DNA of 64,000 nt from a virus: positions 7,216 through 71,215 of IMG/VR virus record IMGVR_UViG_3300030117_004164; one strand, written 5' to 3'. The notes below the pieces were generated by a model. The model did no database searches, had not been told where the DNA came from, and saw only the letters and a program-made list of their open reading frames with translations. This document shows, piece by piece, positions 36,655-45,330 of this stretch. The position numbers and the translations under genes were made by a program. Within the stretch, counting starts at the first letter, position 1; every line of letters begins with the position of its first letter.

Positions 36655-36902
36655 GATTAGAAGGAAGAAAGTGTAGTTTTAAAACTTGTAAAACAAGAAT
36701 ACTATCTAACACAGTATTTTTAGGTAATGAGCCTAAATGGATGGTTAAAGGTACAATGAAAGGGTATTGTATGGAATGTTCTTTGAGAGAATATTCTAAT
36801 CTTATTCCAGTAGTAAATGCTCATCCTGATGATAAGTTTGAATTTTGGGCTATGATAAATGGAGAACTTACCCCTTTAGTACCAAAGGAGGAAGAAGAAT
36901 GA
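36651..36902 (+). CDS. Small Zn-binding protein inserted between PolB halves
   Basis: CSFKTC...CMEC; ATGA coupling. Confidence 0.6.
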   Translation: MRLEGRKCSFKTCKTRILSNTVFLGNEPKWMVKGTMKGYCMECSLREYSNLIPVVNAHPDDKFEFWAMINGELTPLVPKEEEE

Positions 36903-37690
36903 AAGTAGTTTATGCACATACAGATTCAATCTATGTTCCTATTGAGAACGTAGAAAAAGCAAAAGAAATTTGCACAACGTTGAACAATCATATGCGAGAA
37001 CATTTTCCTAATCTTTTGGGATTAGAAACTCATCCTGTAACTTTAGAGTTTGAAAAGTATTATGAAGGTTTAGGAGTTGGTGTGAAGAAGAATAGAAATG
37101 CTGGTTATATATCTTGGAAAGATGGTAAGTATTTAGATGAACACCAATTTGTTGTTACAGGTTTCTCTACTAAAAGAATTAGTGAGAATAAGATTGGAAA
37201 AGAATTTCAAAGTGATTTGCTTAAGATGTGGGCAGGTCAAAAAACTAAATACGATATTGTTGAGTTTTGTAAACAAAGGTATAACGATGTTAAACACGGT
37301 AGAGTAACCTTAGAAGATATTGTTAAAAGAGGTAGAGTTAGAAGGGAACTTGAAGAATATAAATCTATTGCTGGTGGAATTGCTGGGGTTTGTTATTATA
37401 ATGAACACATTAATCCTGATGACCCAATAGATGATTCATTTTTCTATATTGAATGTAATATTGTCAACGGACCAAGTAGAATGATTTTTCCTAATGGTGC
37501 AGAAAGACCTGTAAAATATGTATCAGTGAAAGAAATGAAAGAGTTTAATGAAGATTTTGAAATAGATTGGGGGGCATATGCTCAAAAATCTATTGTACAA
37601 AAAGCCAAACCCATTTTCCTAGCGATGGGTTGGGATATGAAAGAATTTATTGTTGACGAAAATCAACAAAGTTTAGGGAAGTGGTTATAA
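36899..37690 (+). CDS. polB: Family B DNA polymerase, C-terminal part (motif C, thumb)
   Basis: VVYAHTDSIY, LEFEK, KKNRNAG; terminal PIP box QQSLGKWL. Confidence 0.88.
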   Translation: MKVVYAHTDSIYVPIENVEKAKEICTTLNNHMREHFPNLLGLETHPVTLEFEKYYEGLGVGVKKNRNAGYISWKDGKYLDEHQFVVTGFSTKRISENKIGKEFQSDLLKMWAGQKTKYDIVEFCKQRYNDVKHGRVTLEDIVKRGRVRRELEEYKSIAGGIAGVCYYNEHINPDDPIDDSFFYIECNIVNGPSRMIFPNGAERPVKYVSVKEMKEFNEDFEIDWGAYAQKSIVQKAKPIFLAMGWDMKEFIVDENQQSLGKWL

Positions 37691-38622
37691 TGAGTGATGG
37701 ATATAAGAGAACATACGGACACGAAAATGAAAATGGGGAATGGGTTAGACCTGTTCCAAAACCTGATGATGAATATACATACCAATGGAATCCTAAATGG
37801 ATAGATGAACATGATAAACCTATTTTGAAGATTACGAAATCTTCACTTGGTTCATTTAAATGGTGCAATAAACAATATGAGTTTTCTTATCTTGATAGGC
37901 GACCTCAAGACCAAAGCGAAGCCATGTTAAAAGGGACTATTGTGCATGATGCTTATGAAGATTTCTATAAGAGCGTAGATATTAAGAAAGTAGAAAACAT
38001 GACATTTACTGAAATGAATGATTATTTTGTTGGTCATTTCCCAATTACGGATTATTCGGATATGACAGATTCTATTGCCACCTTTGAAGCACAAAGATTC
38101 GTTGATGCTCGTAATGAAGATAAAATTGATGAATGGATGCCAACAGGAAATGAATTACAATTAGATGCCAAAATAACTATTGGTGCTAATGATAACCCTA
38201 AGTACCCATTATCAAGAGATTATATTGTACATATTCAAGGTATCATTGATAGAATTTATACAGAGAATGGTAAGTCTATTCCTTTTGAACTTAAAACAGG
38301 AGTATGGAAAGATAGTAAAAAAACTACTATGCGAAGAGAAATGTCATTCTACAAAATGTTGATGGAAGCCTCTGATGATTGGGAAGGAGAAATTACGCAT
38401 TGGGGATGGTATTATCCCGCTAGTAATTATGTATATGTTGAAGAAGTGAACAAGCGTTCTATCACTTCAATGAAAAAATCTCTTGCTGAACTTATTCATT
38501 CTTATGAACAGAACAATTTTAAGCCAAGTTACTTTCATAAGAAGTGTGTACATTGTTCTTTTGTTGGTATTTGTCCAGCGGCTCTTGATGCAGAATTAAA
38601 CAGGGGGAGTAGTTGGGTATGA
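37690..38622 (+). CDS. Cas4-like PD-(D/E)XK nuclease
   Basis: WCNKQY, GTIVH, GIIDR, ELKTG, CVHCSFVGIC. Confidence 0.8.
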   Translation: MSDGYKRTYGHENENGEWVRPVPKPDDEYTYQWNPKWIDEHDKPILKITKSSLGSFKWCNKQYEFSYLDRRPQDQSEAMLKGTIVHDAYEDFYKSVDIKKVENMTFTEMNDYFVGHFPITDYSDMTDSIATFEAQRFVDARNEDKIDEWMPTGNELQLDAKITIGANDNPKYPLSRDYIVHIQGIIDRIYTENGKSIPFELKTGVWKDSKKTTMRREMSFYKMLMEASDDWEGEITHWGWYYPASNYVYVEEVNKRSITSMKKSLAELIHSYEQNNFKPSYFHKKCVHCSFVGICPAALDAELNRGSSWV

Positions 38623-39029
38623 ACATTGAAGAATATATTATGAACAGAGAATGGAAGTTTGCAGAACTATTACAGTTAACTGAAACTTCTAGAAGGGTTG
38701 CTGAAGAATTGTATGAGGAAATGGAAGTTGTTGATGTGATTAATAATTTATGGGGTAGACAAATTGATGCTGAGGCAATACATGAAAGAGCCTCATTTGG
38801 CCAATTGTATAAACATATGGCTATGGAGTATTTAACCCAAGAAGTTATGGATGCTTTCAAAAAATACTTTGAATCTGCGACTGTTAGTTTTGACCCTCCA
38901 ACTTTATTACAGAACCAAACTGGAATTATGGAAGAACCGCCTTTACCACCAAAACCAAAAACAATTAACAAGAAACTATCTAAAAATACAGATGGAACAG
39001 ATTTACCGCCAGGTGTTGAAAGAATATGA
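38613..39029 (+). CDS. Hypothetical protein
   Basis: ORF track. Confidence 0.6.
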   Translation: MGMNIEEYIMNREWKFAELLQLTETSRRVAEELYEEMEVVDVINNLWGRQIDAEAIHERASFGQLYKHMAMEYLTQEVMDAFKKYFESATVSFDPPTLLQNQTGIMEEPPLPPKPKTINKKLSKNTDGTDLPPGVERI

Positions 39030-40033
39030 AATTTCCAAGAGAAGTATGGGCAGGAAGTCATTTAACTAGAAAGCAACAGTTAAAAAGGCAGATTGTCCAA
39101 AATCGTGAAGAGTTTGCCACATTCTTACAACGATTCAATAATAAAATGAATTGTTATACAAGTGTGTATGATTACAAAAGGTTTGGTGATACCCAAGCAT
39201 TCACTTCTTCAGTAATTTTAGATAGATTGTTTCTTGATTTTGATTCTCATGGTAAACCTTTAGATTTATCTTTACAAGATACTAAATTAATTGTTGACCA
39301 TCTGTATGGAAAAGATTATGAATTTGAAATCTACTTTAGTGGAAACGGGTTTCATGTTTTTGTATTTGGCGAAGTTGCATCTTCAATTAGGGATATTCAA
39401 CAATTTTTTAACAAACTTTATCCTATTGCTACAAATAAAACATTAGATAAATCAGGGGTCCAAACGCGAAGATTGAGAAGAGTACCAAATACAGTAAATA
39501 TGAACACTGAGGGCTTTTTGTATTGTATTCCTTTGACAAGAGAACAATTGACTAATATGGACGATATAATTGCTTTAGCAAAGAATCCCCCTTTCTCTTC
39601 GCCAAAACGCTATGGAAATCGTAAGGTCGCGTGGCCCAATGCCCCCCTATTTGCGTATGCACCCATTGAAATTGCTACGGTTGAGACTGTCGGAAAATTG
39701 CCATTGTTGCCTTGTTTAAATAATAGCATCATGGTGGAGAATCCAACACATGAAGCGAGAGTTTATCTTGTATCTTGGTTTAGAACATTGTTGGCTAATA
39801 ATCAGAAGTGTTATGATTATACTGAACAACAAAAAATTCTCAATACTATTATGGAAGAAATTAAGAATATTGCTTCTAAAGATGGAGTATGGTTAGATTG
39901 GGATGAAAGTGTAACTCGCCATCATGCAACATATACTGTATCAAATGATGGTGGTTATATGGCTCCCACTTGTGAAAAGTTAATTAGCGAAGGTTATTGT
40001 GTTGGAAAATGTTGGCGTTATCCGGAGGTATGA
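39026..40033 (+). CDS. priS: Archaeo-eukaryotic primase, PriS fused to a PriL-like Fe-S domain
   Basis: LDFD, SGNGFH, RRVPNT; LPC...HEAR...PTCEKL...CVGKC. Confidence 0.85.
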   Translation: MKFPREVWAGSHLTRKQQLKRQIVQNREEFATFLQRFNNKMNCYTSVYDYKRFGDTQAFTSSVILDRLFLDFDSHGKPLDLSLQDTKLIVDHLYGKDYEFEIYFSGNGFHVFVFGEVASSIRDIQQFFNKLYPIATNKTLDKSGVQTRRLRRVPNTVNMNTEGFLYCIPLTREQLTNMDDIIALAKNPPFSSPKRYGNRKVAWPNAPLFAYAPIEIATVETVGKLPLLPCLNNSIMVENPTHEARVYLVSWFRTLLANNQKCYDYTEQQKILNTIMEEIKNIASKDGVWLDWDESVTRHHATYTVSNDGGYMAPTCEKLISEGYCVGKCWRYPEV

Positions 40034-40734
40034 AAATGAAATTATTTATAGATAGCAGAGAAAATTCAAAATTAGGTGATATGGTTACTGTTCAAGCAAA
40101 TAAAATGGGAATACTAAATGAAAAGAAATGGTTAGAAGTTGGAGATTATGTTATAGGTAATGTTTGTTTTGAAGCGAAATCAGCAGTTGATTTTTTACAG
40201 TCAGTGGTTAGTAAAAGAATTTGGACACAGATAGATAATATGGATAAATGGTATGATAGAAACTTTGTTGTAATTTATGGGTCATTAGAAGATGCACTAT
40301 CTAGTATGAAATACATTACAAATATGAATCAGAATATTAACCCTAAACAACTTAAAGTAACATATACAAATAGGTTTAAGGGTGCAATTGGTAGACTAAG
40401 ATTAGATTATGATATTGGAGTAATATGGAGAGATACAATGAAAGATGTAGTAGATGAAATGATAACGATTTGTAAGATGGCCCCTATTGAAAGGAAAATG
40501 ATTAATCCTTCTATTCCTACAAGAATCGCAACTGATGATGTTAGAGTAGATATGTTAACAACGATTAAAGGGGTAAGTGAGAAGAAAGCGAGAGATTTAT
40601 TGAAGGAGCATGGATGTATTATGGAGATTGGAGATAGTAATTTGAAAGAGTTGATGATAGTTAAGGGAATTGGAAACACAGTAGCAGATAGAATTAATAA
40701 TGTATTAAATTCACAAACGAAGGTGAAACAATGA
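40030..40734 (+). CDS. ERCC4/XPF-family nuclease with HhH motifs
   Basis: IDSRE, GDY, EAKSAVDF, IKGVSEKKA, VKGIG. Confidence 0.85.
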   Translation: MKMKLFIDSRENSKLGDMVTVQANKMGILNEKKWLEVGDYVIGNVCFEAKSAVDFLQSVVSKRIWTQIDNMDKWYDRNFVVIYGSLEDALSSMKYITNMNQNINPKQLKVTYTNRFKGAIGRLRLDYDIGVIWRDTMKDVVDEMITICKMAPIERKMINPSIPTRIATDDVRVDMLTTIKGVSEKKARDLLKEHGCIMEIGDSNLKELMIVKGIGNTVADRINNVLNSQTKVKQ

Positions 40735-42218
40735 ATGAAGAAAATTTACAAAAAGAATTAGCAAATTTTACAGTATCTTTGGAGAATATGTCGGAAGAAG
40801 AATCTCTTCCTGCATTTGTTAGAGAATGGACTGAAACATTTGGTCAAGTCTCAAGGCAGAATGAATACCCTGCTATTTTAGCGGCATTTACTTTATTAGG
40901 ACAACTTATGAAAGATTTTGTTAGAATCCCTTATGGTCACACTATTGAAGATACAAGAGTTCATGTTTGTTGGATTCAAAATGCAAGAAGCGGGAAATCA
41001 GTTCTTAATGACTTCTATTCTGAAATTTGTGATGAAGTTTGGAATAGGATTGATGAACAACATGAACAAGTATTTACTACTTTTGATTGTTCAGATTTTA
41101 CAGATTCAGCATTAGTAAGTAGTTATGTTGAAGTTAGAAATCCAAATAGAGGTGAAGAAGGAGAACCTGATACCATTTGGAATGAGGTTAAAGGGCATAT
41201 TGAAGGTAGCGGGCTTTTACTTTTCGATGAGTTTGAAAGTAGTGGTATCTTTAAGCAAATGTCTAACAAGGATAGTATGGTAACATTCTTCCAAAAACTT
41301 ATGAATACTTTAACAACTGATGGATATTTAATTAGAAGAGTATTGACAGGAAAACCTATTGCCACAACTGATTGTCAAAGGTCAGTTTGGGCGACAACAT
41401 ATGTTCCTGAACAAGTTCACAAAACTATTGCAGAAAAAGGTGTCTTACAAAGGATGTTTCTATTCGTTAGAATTGTTCCTCAAGAGACATTAAATGAAAT
41501 GCGTAGAGAATTGATTAGTTCAATCGGTACAATCAAAAGAAGAAAAACCCCAACTACTAAGTTTAGTAATGGTATGACTACATTGTATAATCAGGCTAAA
41601 GAAAGGTTCAATGAACTTAGTATTGACTTTGATGAAAGAATGTCCAGACTTCCTGAAGAAGAAAGATTTAACTGTCCTCAAGAAGAAATGATGACATTTG
41701 GGCAAGACGTACAAACTTTAGTCCAAATGAATTATGATAGTATGATTGAATATTTGGGAGATATCCCCGCAAACATACGAAATATTGTTGGTCTGTTTGA
41801 AACTAATTGTCTAATTTATATCACTAAACTAGCAGTATTGTGTGCTATTTTTGAAACGCCATCAAGACAGAATGTAAATGAAAAATGGGTTGTAACTGAA
41901 AGAAATGTTGCTCAAGCAGGTTGGATTGTCCAACAGGGTTATAAGAGTCTAGTTGCTTGGCTACTTACGAGCCTTAAGGCTCAAAGGCAAAGTGTCGCTG
42001 AAGATACAAAAACGCAAGATTTCAGAAATGCTTACTTTAAACTGAAAGAGAATTCAGAAGATGGTTGGGTATTACATTCCGAAATGAAAAAATTATTGGA
42101 AGAACAGTTTAATATGCCCCACGCAACTTTTAGTAGATGGGTAGGAAAACATAGAGATAGTTTCTTCTATACTCAAAAACAAGGAAGAACATTATATTAT
42201 AAATTAAAGGAGGACTAA
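40731..42218 (+). CDS. Divergent MCM-like AAA+ helicase
   Basis: HVCWIQNARSGKS, FTDSALV, LLFDEF, LQRM, VTERNV; C-terminal wHTH. Confidence 0.6.
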   Translation: MNEENLQKELANFTVSLENMSEEESLPAFVREWTETFGQVSRQNEYPAILAAFTLLGQLMKDFVRIPYGHTIEDTRVHVCWIQNARSGKSVLNDFYSEICDEVWNRIDEQHEQVFTTFDCSDFTDSALVSSYVEVRNPNRGEEGEPDTIWNEVKGHIEGSGLLLFDEFESSGIFKQMSNKDSMVTFFQKLMNTLTTDGYLIRRVLTGKPIATTDCQRSVWATTYVPEQVHKTIAEKGVLQRMFLFVRIVPQETLNEMRRELISSIGTIKRRKTPTTKFSNGMTTLYNQAKERFNELSIDFDERMSRLPEEERFNCPQEEMMTFGQDVQTLVQMNYDSMIEYLGDIPANIRNIVGLFETNCLIYITKLAVLCAIFETPSRQNVNEKWVVTERNVAQAGWIVQQGYKSLVAWLLTSLKAQRQSVAEDTKTQDFRNAYFKLKENSEDGWVLHSEMKKLLEEQFNMPHATFSRWVGKHRDSFFYTQKQGRTLYYKLKED

Positions 42219-42221
42219 GTA

Positions 42222-42443
42222 ATGAAAGTTAGTTATGAAAATGATATGGTAGTATTTGATATTTCAAAAGGCCCAGCGGCAATTATTGAAGTATTGAATG
42301 CTAAGGGTAAAGATGGTTGGGTAACAACTGCGACTGTAAATGTTGGTGGTGAAAAGATTGTATTCTTTTTGGCTAAACCTACATTTACTTTGCCAGATAG
42401 ACAATCAGACAAGCAAAAGGAAATAGATAAACTGTGGGGTTGA
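42222..42443 (+). CDS. Small hypothetical protein (DUF4177-like LNxxGxxGW)
   Basis: LNAKGKDGW motif. Confidence 0.5.
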   Translation: MKVSYENDMVVFDISKGPAAIIEVLNAKGKDGWVTTATVNVGGEKIVFFLAKPTFTLPDRQSDKQKEIDKLWG

Positions 42444-42447
42444 AAAG

Positions 42448-43047
42448 GTGACTAATGTTGTTGCATTTGATATTGAAACTAAAAACCTTTCTTCGGAAAT
42501 TGGCGGGTGGGGAAATACACATATGTTCCTTGTCTCGACGGTGGCAACGTGGGATGGACAAATTGGAAAGGCGTATGTAGAAGAAGAGTTAATGGATAAA
42601 GTAATTGAAAAAACAGATATGCAAGTATTACCATTAAGGCAACTTAAATACGATTTAGACGATATGTTCAAAGCAGGAACTAAATTATTAGGACATAACA
42701 TTGTAGCCTTCGATTTACCTGTATTGCGAGACTCATTAGATATTTATTGTGTTAGGAAATTCTTAAATGAAAAACAATATATTGATACTAGTCAGGAAAT
42801 TACAAAGCAATATGGTGAAAGAATTAGCCTACAAAATCTAGTAGATAATACATTAGGCGAAACTAAGTCATTAGAAAGTGTAATGGCCCCTGCATTATGG
42901 AAAGCAGGTGAATATCAAGAAGTAGTTGATTACTGTTTAAAGGATTGTAAATTAGTTTATGATTTATATAATCATGGATTAGACAATGAACTTAAAGCAT
43001 TCAGCATAGAAAAGGAAGAATTTATTAAAATGGAAATGGAGTGGTAA
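42448..43047 (+). CDS. DEDD/RNase H-like 3'-5' exonuclease
   Basis: FDIET, GHNIVAFDL, YCLKD. Confidence 0.82.
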   Translation: MTNVVAFDIETKNLSSEIGGWGNTHMFLVSTVATWDGQIGKAYVEEELMDKVIEKTDMQVLPLRQLKYDLDDMFKAGTKLLGHNIVAFDLPVLRDSLDIYCVRKFLNEKQYIDTSQEITKQYGERISLQNLVDNTLGETKSLESVMAPALWKAGEYQEVVDYCLKDCKLVYDLYNHGLDNELKAFSIEKEEFIKMEMEW

Positions 43048-43049
43048 TT

Positions 43050-43202
43050 ATGGAGACAGGAGAAGTATTCGCATGGCTTGTTTTCTTATGTATTATTTCA
43101 GTTTTGTTTTTCGCGGCGTTTGGTCAAACAAGCATCACAGAAGATACAATTGAAGAATACATGGAAAACATCATGCAAAAAATTAAACGTGGTGAAAAGT
43201 AA
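43050..43202 (+). CDS. 50-aa membrane protein
   Basis: Hand-translated METGEVFAWLVFLCIISVLFFAAF... Confidence 0.55.
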   Translation: METGEVFAWLVFLCIISVLFFAAFGQTSITEDTIEEYMENIMQKIKRGEK

Positions 43203-43378
43203 TGGGCCTAAAACAAAACTGCCCTGTTTGTAATATGCAAACAATTCCTAGAAGAATTATTGGAGTATATGTTGGCTCTGCTGATTCTATTAAAGTTTGG
43301 GAATGTAGGGAATGTTTTGGATTGTGGACTAATAAAACAAAAATACAGGTCGGGGGAATTTCGGTTCCCTCGGCCTAA
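43202..43378 (+). CDS. 58-aa Zn-ribbon protein
   Basis: Hand-translated CPVC...WECREC; GGTGA SD. Confidence 0.6.
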   Translation: MGLKQNCPVCNMQTIPRRIIGVYVGSADSIKVWECRECFGLWTNKTKIQVGGISVPSA

Positions 43379-43400
43379 AATTTTTTTATTTTTATTTTTA
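43349..43400 (+). terminator. UUCG hairpin plus T-tracts ending the early/middle block
   Basis: GTCGGGGGAAT-TTCG-GTTCCCTCGGC then T-rich run. Confidence 0.7.
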
Positions 43401-43594
43401 GGTGTTATTTTTTCGACCCAAAATATAACGCTATCAGTTTGGGCGAATCCTCAATTGGGATGCTCTGTAAGGGGTCTAGGATGCTCTGTAAGCGCATTCG
43501 ATGGGTAGGGTAGGTGTGACCCCTACCGCCCACTTCGATGCTCTTAGAAGGGGCGATAGAGGCCATTGTTTCAAAACCATTTTAGATTAAACCA

Positions 43595-44932
43595 TCACAA
43601 TACGGTTCCTTTAATTAAAACGTGCCAAGTTCCTGAACCGCCAACTATTTGTACAAATTCACCTTGATTTAATCCTAAAGTAGTTGTTGTAGCACCACCA
43701 ACAACAGTAATTGTATCTGAACCATTTCTAGTTAAAGTTGCTGCACCTCCACCATCATTCTTGATATGGTAAATTCTATTTGTAGCACCTGAAACTGCTG
43801 GAAGATTAACAGTAATAGGGCTACCATTTTCAAAAACTACATAAGAATTTGCTAAATCTAAAGTCTTACTAGTTGAAGTATCTTTAACAAATGCTACACC
43901 TAAAGAACCACCAACATCTAAAGTAGATTCTGGACTTGCTTGATTAATTCCTACCCTAACATCTCCTGAAGAAGCACTACCAACTAAAGATAAGGTTTCA
44001 ACTAAACTGCCATTTTGGTTAGCAATACTAAATCTCATATCTCCATATTCATTTCCAGCCGCAACATTTAATGCCTTTGAAACAATTTTACTAATTGCAG
44101 CCGCACTACCTCCATTATCAGCAACACCAAAATTAATCGTACCTGCAACGTCATTATTTGCACCATTACTTGCTCTTTCATTTTTTAATGAAAGGGATGG
44201 TCCTGTTGCTGCATCATTAATATTGTCAAGTAAAACTAAATCTGTTGTACCACCACCTTGATTATTTACAGTAATATCTTGCATTGTAGCCCATGTAGTT
44301 GCAGAAGAACTTGAACTAATACTTCCTGCAAACCCAGCAACTCCAGAATTATCATAAAGTAATTGTAAAGTATTTGCAGTTTTATCTGTGGTAAAATATT
44401 GAATTGGTCTATCTGTTGCAGTATCAGATGAACCGGCAACCATTTTAACTAATGCTATTGGAATATCTGTTGTTAACAACATTGGGACTTTATTGGTATC
44501 TGCATTTCTTCCTCGTATTTGGACGCTATTATCTGCGGCAACTACTATCATAATATATACATCTCCACCGGAAACAGGGGTAACATCTTGATTTGCTGTA
44601 ACACTCGTCCCATTAGTGGTAAATTTTGAAAGTGCATTATTTGTAGATAAATCTAAATTAGTTGGACTTCCACCTCCACCACTTGTAATAGTTACTAATT
44701 GCCCATCTCTAAAAATTGAACCACCCTTTACTGCTAATCTTGTTACTGAACCAGTTGAAGATTGTGTAATATCAAAATCATCAGCATGACCTTTAATGGC
44801 AAAATTACCTCTCATCCCTTTATGTAACATATCAAATAAACCGCTATGCGGAAAATCAGTTCCGTCTTGGAGATTTAAAGTTGGTGTGGCATCCATTTGG
44901 CTTAAAAAATGTGGATTAAGCGTACTAGTCAT
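43595..44932 (-). CDS. Tail fibre / receptor-binding-like structural protein
   Basis: G/S/T/N-rich; RVGINQASPESTLDVGG; C-terminal TVNLPA...RIYHIKN domain. Confidence 0.65.
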   Translation of the reverse strand: MTSTLNPHFLSQMDATPTLNLQDGTDFPHSGLFDMLHKGMRGNFAIKGHADDFDITQSSTGSVTRLAVKGGSIFRDGQLVTITSGGGGSPTNLDLSTNNALSKFTTNGTSVTANQDVTPVSGGDVYIMIVVAADNSVQIRGRNADTNKVPMLLTTDIPIALVKMVAGSSDTATDRPIQYFTTDKTANTLQLLYDNSGVAGFAGSISSSSSATTWATMQDITVNNQGGGTTDLVLLDNINDAATGPSLSLKNERASNGANNDVAGTINFGVADNGGSAAAISKIVSKALNVAAGNEYGDMRFSIANQNGSLVETLSLVGSASSGDVRVGINQASPESTLDVGGSLGVAFVKDTSTSKTLDLANSYVVFENGSPITVNLPAVSGATNRIYHIKNDGGGAATLTRNGSDTITVVGGATTTTLGLNQGEFVQIVGGSGTWHVLIKGTVL

Positions 44933-45330
44933 TATTCCACCTCTATTGTTAATGTGATTTCTAATTCATCTGATGAAGCAAATGTCCCTAATTCATCAAA
45001 ATTTACTCTAGCCAACATTGTTGTTTCAGCAGAATAAGATGTTGTGGTTCTTAATTCATCAAAATTTTCATCATCAGGCGTTGTGGCACTAAAAATTCCA
45101 AACTCTCTTACAGTGTTTCCGTTTAATTCTGAGCCTGTAAATGTTGCAGTAAAATCTAAAACATTCGCTGATGACTCTGAAACTGTAATAGATTTATTTG
45201 CACCAAGAATTGGAACATCTAGTGTGTTTGAATTTGGATTTGGGGCATTACCGCCAACTCCTACATTTGCAGTATTATAGAACTCTTTCAAAAAAAGAGC
45301 AATTTTTCTTTTTGCTGTTTCTGTTATCAT
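44932..45330 (-). CDS. Tail/baseplate structural protein
   Basis: VREFGIF...MLARVNF pattern; context. Confidence 0.55.
   Translation of the reverse strand: MITETAKRKIALFLKEFYNTANVGVGGNAPNPNSNTLDVPILGANKSITVSESSANVLDFTATFTGSELNGNTVREFGIFSATTPDDENFDELRTTTSYSAETTMLARVNFDELGTFASSDELEITLTIEVE

Noticed and set aside
36388-36902. Intein or self-splicing intron interrupting PolB
   Set aside because: No Cys/His-Asn intein ends or recognisable group I/II core; clean stop/start overlaps indicate separate genes
37690-38622. Cas4 as evidence of a CRISPR-Cas system
   Set aside because: Solo Cas4-like nucleases are common in archaeal virus replication modules; no cas1, cas2 or array is present
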